DNA of 64,000 bases from Eutreptiella sp. 'Long Island Sound 2002' (lineage: Eukaryota; Protista; Euglenida): positions 182,466,001 to 182,530,000 of the forward strand of contig OZ038378.1 in NCBI GenBank assembly GCA_964036045.1. The letters run 5' to 3'. Below, in pieces: positions 24,025 to 35,886 of the stretch. Position numbers and translations under genes: made by a program. The first letter of the stretch is position 1. Every line of letters starts with the position of its first letter. Below the pieces are notes generated by a model. The model was not told the origin of the DNA. It saw only the letters and a program-made list of their open reading frames with translations, and did no database searches.

Positions 24025-26985
24025 ATGATTAATTAATAAATTAATTAATTAATACAGCTACGGTGCAATTAATTGATTAATTACTTAGTTAAGAAAGGCA
24101 CAGTCCAAATAATTAATTGATTGATTGATTGATTGATTAATACCTTTACGGTGCAATTAATTAATGAATGAATGAATGAATGAATACGGGCAGAGTCAAA
24201 TCATTAATTAACTTATTAATTAATTAATACAGCCACGGTGCAATCAATTAATTGGTTAATTAATCAATACCGGCAGAGTCCAATTAATTAATTAATTAAT
24301 TAATTAATTAATTAATTAATTAATGAATTAATACAGCTACGGTGCAATTAATTAATTCATTATTCAATTGATTAATCAATACAGGCAGAGTGCATTAATT
24401 AATTAATTAATACAGCTGCGTTGCAATTAATTAATTAGCTGTATTAACTAATTAATTAATGAATTAATGAATTGGACTCTGCTTGTATTAATTAATCAAT
24501 TAATTAACACAAGCAGAGTCTAATTAATTAATTAATTCATTAATTGGACTCTGCCTGGAGTAAATACCTAATTAATTAATTTTCATTGCACCGTCGCTGA
24601 CAGGGTTTTGCTTACCCACCCCGGGGGGGGGGGGGAATTCAGGGACCCACCCACCCAGAATTTTGGCATACCCACAGACCGACAAATGTCCCACCCCCCC
24701 CCCGGGGGGTGGGGGGGTCTGACACCCACCCACCCACCCACCCACCCACCCACGTAAGCAACCTAGCCCCTTTATGGGCGTGGGGCAGACACAGCAACTG
24801 TGGGGTTTTAGCGTTGCCCCCTTCGCATTTGACACAAATGACAGTGCATCCTAGCCCCTTTATGGGCGTGGGGCATGCACACGTGATATGCAATGCCATG
24901 TAAACACACCATAAATAAACATGTTACATGGAACCTGCAACAGAAGAAAGAAAGAAGTGGCACTGGCTCGATAGACCCAAGGGCCCCCACAAAGTCCCAC
25001 CCCACCCCGGGGGGGGGGGGGGGTTGGACACCCACCCACCCTGAAATTCTGCCAGACCCACCCACCCCCCCCCCGTGGGGTAGGACGGACACTAAGCAAA
25101 ACCCTGGTCGCTGTATTAATTAATGAATTAAGTAATTGATTAGTTAATTGGACTATGCCTGTATTAATTAATCAATCAATCAATCAATCAATTGCACCGT
25201 AGCTGCATTAATTAATCACTTAATTACTTAATTGGACTGTGCCTCTGTTAATTAATTAATTTGTTAATTATTTGCACCGTAGCTGTATTGATTCATTGAT
25301 TGATTAATTATTTAGATTCTGCCTGTTTTCGTCAATCAATCAATCAATCCATCAATTAATTGCACCGTAGCTGTATTAATTCATTGAGCAATTAATTGAT
25401 TAAGTAAGTAAGTAAGTAATAAACTAATTAATTAATTAATTAATCAATTAATTAATTAATCAATTAATTGGACTCTGCCTGTATTAATTAATTAATTGAA
25501 TAATTATTTAATTGCACCGTAACTGTATTAATTAATCAATTAATTAAGTAATTCATTGGACTCTGCCTGTATTAATGAATTAATTAACGAATTAAGTGGA
25601 CGCTGCATGTATTAATTAATTAATAAATTAATGAAATAATTAATTAATTGGATTCTGCCTGTATTAATTAATTAATTAATTGCACCGTAGCTGTATTAAT
25701 GAATTGATAAATCATTAAGTAATCATTTGGACTCTGCGTGTATTAATTAATTAATTATTTATTTAATTGGACTCCGCATGTATTAGTTAATTAATTAATT
25801 AATTAATTAATTAATTAATTAATTAATTAATTAATTAATTAATTAATTAATTAATTAATTAATTAACTAGACTTTTCCGTAATTAATCAACTAATTCAGT
25901 GATTAATTGCACCGCAGCTGTATTAATGAATGAATGAATGAATGAATGAATGATTGCACTCTCCCTGTATTAATTAATCAATCAATCAATCAATTAATTA
26001 CACCGTAGCTGTATTAATTATATAATTAACTAATTGATTAATTAATTGGCCTCCGCCTGAAGTAATTACCTAATCATTTAATTCATTGCACCGTTGCTGT
26101 ATTAATTATCTAATTAAGGAATTAATTAGTTAATTGGACTATGCCTGTATTAATTCATTAATCAATCAATCAATCAATTGCACCGCAGCTGTATTAAGTA
26201 ATTACTTAATTACTTAATTGGGCTCTGCCTGCGTTAATTATTTAATCAATAAATCAATTGCACTGTAGTTGTATTGATTGATTGATTAATTAATTATTTA
26301 GACTCTGCTTGTATTAATTCATGAAATAATTTATGAATTAATTAATTCATTGCACCGTAGCTGTATCAGTTAATTAATTGATTAATTAATTGGACTCTAC
26401 TTGTATTCATTAATTAATTGAATAAATATTTATTTAATTGCACCGTAGCTGAATTGATTAATCAATCGATCAATTAATTAATTAATTAATTAATTGGACT
26501 CTGCCTGTAATAATTAATTAATTAATGAAACAATTAATGAATTAATTGGACTCTGCCTGTATTAATTAATTGATTGATTAATTAATTAATTAATTGATTG
26601 ATTGATTAATTAATTAATTAATTAATGAATTAATACAACTACGGTGCAATTCATTAATTAATCACTAATTTAATAAAGGCAGAGTCCAAGAAATTAAGTA
26701 ATTAATTAATTAATTAATACAGCTACGGTGCAATTAATTAATTAATTAATCAACTTATTAATTAATTCATTAATTAATGCAGGCAGAGCCCAATCATTAA
26801 TTAATTAATTAATTAATTAATTCATACAGCTACGGTGCAATTAATTAATGAATTCATTAATTAATACAGGCAGAGTCCAATTAATTAATTAATCAATTAA
26901 TTAATACAGCTACGGTGCAATATATTAATTCATGAATTAAGTAATTGCACCGTAGCTGTATGAATTAATTAATCAATTATTTGGA
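24025..26985. repeat. AT-rich (TAAT)n satellite with interspersed 16-mers A (TTGCACCGTAGCTGTA) and B (TTGGACTCTGCCTGTA)
   Basis: Roughly 20-25 A and 25-30 B copies counted by eye, mostly alternating, in an ATTA/TTAA matrix. A pure (AATT)n run lies at ~25790-25865. Confidence 0.97.
24601..25106. mobile_element. hAT-type MITE (506 bp) inserted into an A motif of the satellite
   Basis: 14-bp TIR CAGGGTTTTGCTTA / TAAGCAAAACCCTG. 8-bp TSD GTCGCTGA (24593-24600) / GTCGCTGT (25107-25114). An 8-bp TSD with CAG termini fits hAT. Confidence 0.85.
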
Positions 26986-29882
26986 CTCGGTGTTTCAAGC
27001 ATGCACCGCGAATTGACTGCAACTGTCTACCCTACACTTGTGCCCAAAGATCTAGCAGAGTCATTGCTGACCTTGGCAGGGTTGGCAGGGTGAAGACTGT
27101 ACTTTTTCAGCCCTTTTTGTCCGAATCTGACAAAATCCTTGCGTATGGTCTCTCCTGCAGCAGCAGCCTAGCTGCAGCACAATATCACCGTGTGCCAATC
27201 GAAAAGGGGGCTCCATCCCTTCCAACACAGCTGACACCACGGGAGTGTCCCTGATAGGTGCCATCGATAAACACCACTTCATGACGCCCAAAGCGGCCCC
27301 TCGACCTCTGAAGCCCTCCGTGATCCCAAGTGAGCGCATCAGCTACCAGAGGTTGAAGGAAAAATCCAAGTGAGGCTGCTCGCAATATCAAAGGTGGCTG
27401 TTACTGGGCAAAGTGGCGAGGTAAGAAACGGCTCCATGAGGATACGTTTGCCCGGCGCGCCCAGCATCCAAATGAATGTTCCGGCCATCTATCACAATGC
27501 TTTACCCCCAAACATCACCCCCTCCTCTAGCCCAGGAACCCAAAGCACAAGCACATTGTATGACTGTTGGCGATCAATAAAATTCCCTTTTTTTTTGCGC
27601 AACAAATGGGACGATCACATGCACCCTACCCTTGTAGGCCCCATCATGGCCACGGACCTCAAAATCAAAGAATTCCCCTCTTGTGCATGATGGACCACTC
27701 AAGTGGCCACACCGAAGAGTGGGAGTCCTTAACTCCAACTCGAGGGGCCACACCAAAGCATGGGAAAACTTTGCCCGGCGCGTGCCCAGCGCGCTAACGT
27801 ACTCTCCATAACCCCTGCCGTACCAAGGTCCCCAAAAGTAGGGAGGACTCCAATCAGGGATCCCAAAGAAGGGAGACAAAGAAAGGTCACAGAACCCGTG
27901 CTATGTTGGGGCTCACCTCAATACTCGCTGCCATATTGGGGTCCCAAAAAAATGGGGAGGCAAAGAATCACCACATAACCCTTGTCGTATCCCCAAAACA
28001 GAGAGGACCCCAACGGCCACACAAAATGTGCCACAGCAGGTCCCAGAGCAGAGAGTATCGGATCTCCAAAACTATGAGGACTGAAGCGGCTACATATGCC
28101 CTGCCATACTACAATGCTCAAAGCGGAAAGACAAATTCTCCCTCGTCAGTACATGGTTCAGGTGGGCCAAATGGCCAAATACTTGCACTACACTGAAGGC
28201 TACACCGAAGGCACTCCCCAGGTCAACAGGCATCCCCACATCCACTCACCTCCAGCCATAGCCAATTTATCCTGCTGTTCATATTCATCCACAGCCACCA
28301 ACATGCACCAATGCCCTGTATGTACATGCACCAACCTCGTGGTATGGATGCAGTAGGCTTGACTTCACATGACAAACACAAACACAAGAAGTAGAATTGC
28401 AGCGGTCTGCAGAATGACAGCAACAATGGTGCCGGTGCAACAGATTGTGAAAATGTGCAAAGCAAACAAAGCAATTCGTGCAGGTGCAGAACAAGCACAG
28501 CGACAACTACCACTACTATTCCACTCGCATTTCACCCCTCTTACTTGCAACTTTCCTCTGGTTTTTCCATGTTTTGCCACGCCCCCCCCTCCATGTCCCA
28601 GCAAAACACAAAATGCATGTGTTTCCCCCTTATTGTTCGCATCGAAAAACTAGCCCCAGAAGCCACCAACGCCAAGGCATAACCACTCGCCAATACATGC
28701 CAAAGTCTTGGCAGGCTTGGGCTCATGAACAGTATAACTGCTCAGGCGCGAGGGGGGGATTGCAGCAAGGGGTCAAAGAGGAGCTAGTCAGATCCAAGAG
28801 CTCCATTTTGCCCACTGTCTAGGATGCCCTGGATATCCCAGGGTACAATCAGCATTCCGACATTATGGAGCTCATGCCCAATGGCACAGCCCTCTCTTGG
28901 GGCTACCACGTCTTTGTGTGCCCTTGGCTGTTCAGACGGGGCGCATAATTACAATTCGGGTGCAAGATGGGGTTAAGAACCCGCCAGAGAAGATTGTCAC
29001 CGTGGCACACATCTGCGTGGAATACGTCTTGAAAGGGAAGCGCTTCATGCCGCTGGTTTGCGCAAAGCGCTGGTAGACCAGCAATTGCTGTCGGGTGCTG
29101 ACCAACCGTCGGTTAGCCATCAAATAGGTTTCCTCTCAACCGACAACCGACAACCGACAACCGACATGAAGTATCTGCCAACCCCAACAAGACTCCTAAA
29201 CTGCCAGAAACAAACAGAAAAATACCATCCGACCGCCCAAGTGCTCAAGTGCTCCATCAGCGCTGTGTGCACGCCTTGAGATCTTGGTGTGTTTAAGGGT
29301 GTCCCGGTGTACGTCCTAGCAATCAGGGTTGCTGAGTCGGTTCCAAGAACCACAGGGTGGTGTGTATAGTGCGCACATTGACCCGCACCGACGTGCTACA
29401 GACAGGAGGCACAGTGCTGTCTAGTGGTTCGGGATTCTGGTTACGATCCCGGTCAGTATCACTGGTGGCTGGCAGTACAGAGCCAGGGGGGGGGGGGGGG
29501 GCGAGTCGCGTTCCCGCAGCGAGGTGCCCCCAGTGAATTACGCCAATTGGAGATCCGTCCCTTCCTTGACGATGACGAATTTGTTAACAAATAATTTTGA
29601 CCGTGGGAGTGTAAACGTCGCTTCATTTTCACTTGATATACCAGAAGCTTACATAGTAAAATTGCATTTCTTCAGCGCCAGATGTGGAGGACGTGGCGCC
29701 CCGGGTGTAAGCTTTTTGCGGTAGGAAAATTGATTGTTCTGTGACCTGAAAGACAGCAAAAAAAAAAGGAAAAAAGTACCCCCCCCCCCCTGTCCTGCCC
29801 CAACCCAGGGAAGACGGTCCCCCGCCACCCCCTGGGGGACAGTTGCCAAGTGACAATTCCCCAACAACCCTGGGAAACCGTA

Positions 29883-30212
29883 CTACCACCGTACACACAC
29901 TTTCAGGCACAGAAATTGCACTGCAAAACGAAAGCATTCAGCATAAGATGCGTTCAACAGGCTGCCAATGTACTGAGACCTACTCCTTGACCGGCTTGGT
30001 GTAAATTGCTTGGTCCTGCTCCACTTGACCTTGAAATCCTGCACATGCTCACCTCTTTCCACTGGAATGCTTTGGGCAGCACTCTTGGGTGGTGGTTTGG
30101 CCCTGTTGGTAGAAGGCTTGGCAGGTGCAAGCAGATCTTTGGGAACCCACTTTCCAGCGGTAAACATGGTTGTGCTGTCAAGTTCCATTTCATCGAAAGT
30201 GAGCAAAATGTC
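29883..30212 (-). CDS. Possible orphan exon (product unknown)
   Basis: Pyrimidine tract plus tttgcag|GAC acceptor, then DILLTFDEMELDSTTMFTAGKWVPKDLLAPAKP... The donor and partner exons are not established. Confidence 0.3.
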   Translation of the reverse strand, partial: DILLTFDEMELDSTTMFTAGKWVPKDLLAPAKPSTNRAKPPPKSAAQSIPVERGEHVQDFKVKWSRTKQFTPSRSRSRSQYIGSLLNASYAECFRFAVQFLCLKVCVRW

Positions 30213-30710
30213 CTGCAAAGAGTACAAGGGATACAAGTGGCAGTGCCTTACAACACAGTCACCCACACAACAGCACAGCGAGCCGTAACCAAAAAATTTT
30301 GTGTGGACCAAGTGACGGTCCCCAACCCCCCACCCCCCGGGCAAGGACAGAGGGTGGGGCAGGACAGGGGGGGGGGGGGTATTGATGCTGCATGAGTCAC
30401 TCTTTTCAGCTTCATTCATGGGACTCTTTTGCTTTAAAATTGTTAGGGTGCTCCACCAGAGCTGTGACGCGGGCATCAATGAATTCCTGCTTGTATGTAT
30501 TTCAAAGCAAGCATAAAAAAAGTACCCCCTCAGCTGGCTCCTCTCCTGAATTTGGTCTAACTTCGGGTGCTGGTTGGCTCTTGGATGTGGAGGCGAGCGT
30601 TCCTCAACAGCGGTCCAAAGGCCCGCCTCCTGGGTAGAGACCTCAGTGTTGTGCGCGAGGGTGGTGGGGGGTGGGGGTGAGTGTTTGAGTTTTCATGAGG
30701 GAGTGGGTTG

Positions 30711-33700
30711 CTATTCCTTTCCGGCAATCGATTTGGTCAGCGCCGTGAGCTTTTGGTGTAGGTACTGCTCGATGCGCTCCAGGGACGCATCCGTGACGTT
30801 GAAGTTGAAGTTGCGGGGGTTGTTGCACTTCTTCTCAGTGAAGTGCTGAGTGCACGTGGGCTCGGCCTCAGACGGGCAGTTGAGCAGCGGCAGGTGGTTG
30901 CCCTGTTTGGCGGTCCACAGATTCAAAAAATGCAACCACGAAACGCCCGCAGGGTGGCACGGCAAGAGCTCCACAACAGCCGACGTGTCGTGCTTCATGA
31001 AGACGGTGTTGGTCTGGCTTCCACCTGTGACCCCAACGAGGATGTCCGTCCTATAATACAGCTCCACCTGCTGCTTGAAGCCCGGCACATACCGGTGATG
31101 CACCGTGAGGTGTACCCCCTCGAACCGATCCACGACCGCACGCACACACTTCTCCAGGGCCGCGGTGTTGAGCACCCGGCGACGGAACTCCGTCGCCCGA
31201 GTGTAGACCAGGACATTGAGCCCCTCCTTGGAGTTCGGCCGTGTGTCAGGCAACCCCAGCACCTGCAACAAAATAGTGGTAGAGCTTTCCAACCCGATTT
31301 CTGTTGCCTTCGGCAGAGCACTTGATTGTCTCCAGCCCCATCTGAGTGGCCAGTCGCAATGGAGCAGCTCTCAGCCGCCCAACCTTTCAACTTCATCACA
31401 GCACGGGCATCAACAAGACACAAAAGAATTGAAAATTTTACATTGTATCTAAGGAAGGCAAACAGGCAAGATTCGCATATGGTTGTTGCTCTTACATGGT
31501 AGACTGAGGTTACACATCTATCTTTTTGTCTGTTGCTGTGGCTTTGGGGCGCTTTTGGGGGTTTTTAATTAAAATCTTACCCCAACACATCTATAGTTGC
31601 TCAACCTTTTATCCATGATGCACTCCAATCCTCATGGGAGGGGGTGGGTTTTCGAGCTCGGGCAAGATGGTTGTGACGGGACAAAATGTGATCGATCATG
31701 GGTCACGATCATGGGGAGACATGTGAAACATGGTCGGTTAGTACATTTTTAATGGATTGACTGGGAGGAGGGGGTGGTTCTTGTGGTTCAGAGTCTTCGG
31801 TATACTCGAGGTGTTCTGGAGGTATTCATGGCGTATACTCACAAGTATACCGCCAAATACTCCGAGGCATCCAGCCGTGCACTCAGGGTATACGGCACCA
31901 ATCATGAAGTGTTCAGGCATTTCATGCCCTCCACACTGACACCCATTTCCGACAACAAATGATAAAGGGACTGTGCAGTCGCAACACCAGAACGCATGCA
32001 AAGCAACATATATTGACCTAGCCTGGATTGTGAAGTAGTATGTACCAGCCCAATATTGTCCATACCACCCTGCACCATACACCACCCTGTAGCATACCAT
32101 GACACACCATGGTACCATTATGTGACTCCCCACCACACTTCACCGATTTGCATGCATATCTGAAACGATAACACACCACACCACACCACCGAACACCAAA
32201 CCACACCACAACACACCACACCAGGCCACACCACACTACACCCTGAGTACTCCCCAGCCGATTGGGTAACCCCGAGGGTCAAAGCCTAAGAACTTCGGTG
32301 ATGGCACGATAGGTCGTGATTTCACACCCGACCGACGACGAGTAGCCTCCGATTCTTAGGGTCCTCGGGCGCCCTAGCCATCCTAGCCATGGATAACCCA
32401 CCTCCAGTTCCACGCCACCTAGGCTTCTCCGGTCTCCATTGACTCCCTCACCTCATCCTCAGTAGTAGTAGGGCTTCAACTCCCATCCTAGTCTAGGCTA
32501 GGAAGGACCAAAAACACGGCTTGGCAGGGCAATCTCTCGCCCCAACCGGTAAAGGAGATCCATTGCCCACTACTCCCCACCAATGTGGCAGTATATTGAA
32601 GGAGGCCCACTGTCCACTGCCCCCCATCAGTATTGCAGTGTACCAAGGAAGATGCACTACCCACTTCTCCCCAGCATTGTGGCGGTGTATTGAAGGAGTC
32701 CTACTGCCCACTACCCCCAATAGTGTGGCAGCATACTGAAGGAGATCCACTGCGCACTGCTCCCCAGCAATGTGGCAGTGCACTAAAGGAGATCCACTGC
32801 CGGCTGCTCCAAGGCAGTGTGGCAGTGCACTGCACGAGTCCCGATGTCCACTACTCCCTCGCAGTGTGGCAGCAAACTTAAGGAGCCCCACAAAGGGCGC
32901 CCCGAAAGTTGCGACCACCGGCACGGTGGGACAGTTTGTCCCCCCGGCCCGTGATCCCGCTCCTTTTGAGGGACGCCATCCCCCATAGGTGCCCTGAAAG
33001 CTACGACCACCGGCAGGGCGGGACACTCCATCCCCCATGCCTGTGATCCCGTTCCTTTTGAGGGATATTGTCTCCCATTGGCGCCCTAGAAACTGCGACC
33101 ACCGGCACCGTGGGACATTCCGTGCCCACAGCCCGTGATCTAGCTCCTTGTAGGGGCAACCAACCCCCGCAGGCGCCCCGAAAGCCGCAACCACCAGCAT
33201 GGCGGGACACTCCGTCCCCCCGCTCCTTTTTGGGGCAACCAACCCCCGCAGGCATTCCAAAGCTGCGACCACCAGCACGGCGGGACACTCCGTCCCCCCA
33301 GCCCGTGAGCCTGCTCCTTTTGGGCGCTACCATCCCCCGTTAGCACCAAGAAAGCTACAACCACCGGCATGGCGGGGCATTCTGCCCCCCCCCCCCCCCT
33401 GGGCCTGTGATCCCACTCCTTTTGAGGGCTACCATCCACTGACCACTACTCCCCAGCAGTGTGGAAGTGAACAGAAGGGTGCCCACTGCTCCCAGCAGTG
33501 TGGTGGAGTACAGAAGGAGGCCCACAGCCCATTGCGCAGTAGTGTGGCGGTGTATAGAAGGAGACACGCTGCTCGCTGCTCCCTGGCTGTGTGGGGGTGT
33601 GCTTGGGGGATCCACAGCCCAATGCTCCCCATCAGTGAGGCAATGTGCTTACAAAGATCCACTCCCCACTGATGCCCTGATGCCCAGCACTGTACCAATT

Positions 33701-35886
33701 TGCTGAAGGAGATCCGCTTCCCACTGCTCCCTAACAGTGTGGCAGTGTGCTGAAGGAGACCCTAGCGCAGTGAGGCAGCGAGCAGAAAGGGTTCCACTGC
33801 CCACTGCCCCAAGGCTGTGAGGCAGTGTACACAAGATCTCAGCAGCCCAAGTGCCGGCCTCATCACAGCCCGACCAGGACATGGAGGCACAAAGGCCCAG
33901 TGAGAACTTCAGAGGCACCATCAGGCAGAGCGGCAGGGTGTCCCAGGGGCTGCCCTCGACAGCACCCTCCCGGTCTCAGAGAGGCTGACGGCCCTCTGCC
34001 ACAGGTGTGCAACACACTACAAACGGCGCGCATTTAGACACACAGCCCACCCGTTTTGCATTTTCCGTATGCAAGGTATCCTGGCCATTGCCATTTGGTA
34101 ACAGCGCCTTCGGCACACCTCACCACACCAAACTGCACCGCACCCGTTTTGCTATGCCTGTAAGCAAGACATCCCGGCCATTGCCTTCTGGGAACTGCGC
34201 CTTCGGCACACTGCACCGCACCACACCACACCACACCACACCTGCACACCACACCACACCACCACACCACACCACACTACACCACATTGACCACACCACA
34301 ACACAACACCATACCATGTTACACCTCATCACACCACGTGACACTACACCACCCCAAAGCATATCATGACGCTCAGAATAAACCATGCAAACTGTACAAA
34401 AAGACAAACCTGCTCCTGGACTTAGAGGGATTGTGAGGAATCCTGGGGAACCAGGAGGGGATTATGTGGGGATAACAGGGGGAAACAATGGGGAATCATG
34501 GCTTAGTCTGTCAGAAGCACGAAAAGTCAAAGGGAAAGTCCAAGGTGAAAAAAATTATGGCACACTGGACACAAGGCGGCTGGCATTGTAGACCCCTCGC
34601 AGAGGGGCAGTGAAGGTTAGAGAGGTTCTGAAATTGATGAGGATTGTTGAGGGTTGTTGAGAGATGCGGATACCCAAGGGCTTTTCGAGGGTCAATAAAG
34701 GTAACATTTCTGACAGTTGTTGGGTATTGGCAGAAAACACCGCTCCGACTCCAGCGGAGTCCGACGTCTCCGGTGGCCAGAACCAGGGGGGCTGGCCGCA
34801 GACTCGGCGGCTGCAGGCCCCAGCAGGGACAAGCGTCACGTTTCTTCAGGGACAAGCGGAGGACAATGTAACGTGCCCAGTCAGACCTGCCTGCTTCCCC
34901 CAACTCCATCTCGCTTTGGGCCAATGCTGACATCTACACCGAGGCGGGGGGGGGGGATTTGCCTAGCACAAGCTGGACACCTGCAATGTGTGCGTGCGGA
35001 ACCGGCTGAGGAGGCCGGGGCTAGACGCATAATGGCGGTCCTTGCCGCACAGCACCAGCGTGCGAAAGCAGGCCGGCGTGGCTGCCGACGAAGGATCGTG
35101 GATGGCGGACGCAGGCTGGATCAGCGTATACGCCAAGTTGAACAGCCAGGACGCGGTCGGGAGGCGGTGGTGGATGACCAGCCGCACGGGTTCGAGAGGG
35201 GGCGACTTCTGGTGGACGTCATGCAGGACGATGAAAGAGTCCGCCAGATCGTGGGCGATATTATACTGGTTTGGGAGGTAGTAGGATACCCCTGGGAAGA
35301 AGTATACCGGCTTGTCTGCAAGCGTCGCCCGCGAGACGGACGCGGCGGTGAAGGTCATCGGGGGGGTCATGTCCTTCCAGCTCTTGGGCACGCGCGCGCC
35401 GAACAGGTACACAACCTTACTGTCTTCCTCACCCCCGATGCACACGTTCTGCAGCACCACATGCCACTTGGACGCCACCACAGAGCTGTCCTCCATAAAT
35501 GGGAAGGGCACCGGCTGGATGTGAGACCCAGGTACCAGCCGCGCATCCGGGGTAGTCCCGTTTGGCGCCGGGTCGGGCTGAAGGACAGGTGCGTCGCCGG
35601 GGCTGGGGCTCAACTTGAGCACAGAACCGCTGCCAGCGCTTTGGCCCAGCTTCAGCGCAAGCGTGTCGTGCCCGCTCTGTGTAAGCGCCGGGTGCTGCCT
35701 GTCGTCCGCTAGCGGTTCAGGGCCTTTGGGCAGTTTGATTTCCGGCAGCTGCGGCAAAGCCCCGGAAGGACGCATCAGGTCATGGGGGTCGACAGGGGCT
35801 GGGTCCACCGGGTCCTCCACAGGCCAAAAGTTCCAGTACAAAAACCCCAGCACACAAATGACCACGACTGCATGACGGCACCTCAT
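30711..35886 (-). CDS. Glycosyltransferase family 61 (DUF563-type), type II membrane protein, ~485 aa, two exons
   Basis: Exon 1 35886-34981 (MRCRHAVVVICVLGFLYWNFW TM anchor; YNIAHDLAD) and exon 2 31262-30711 join through a phase-0 GT-AG intron (CAG|gtgtcc...ttgcag|GTG). GT61 motifs: R...RRVLN, F.QQVELY..TDILVGVTGGSQTN.VFM, VVELLP. Confidence 0.88.
32160..32240. repeat. (CACAC/CACCA)n simple repeat; a larger tract at ~34215-34365
   Basis: Direct reading of pentamer repeats. Confidence 0.9.
32560..33810 (+). repeat. ~47-bp tandem repeat interrupted by a nested ~92-bp tandem repeat (~32900-33430)
   Basis: TGCCCACT.CTCCCCAGCA.TGTGGCAGTG.A.TGAAGGAG units flank GAAAG..GCGACCACCGGCA...GGGACA...CCCGTGATCCCGCTCCTTTTGAGGG units, which start at ~32904, 32996, 33088 and 33180. 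Confidence 0.88.

Noticed and set aside
34717-35712. 331-aa plus-strand ORF
   Set aside because: Antisense shadow of the GC-rich GT61 exon 1.
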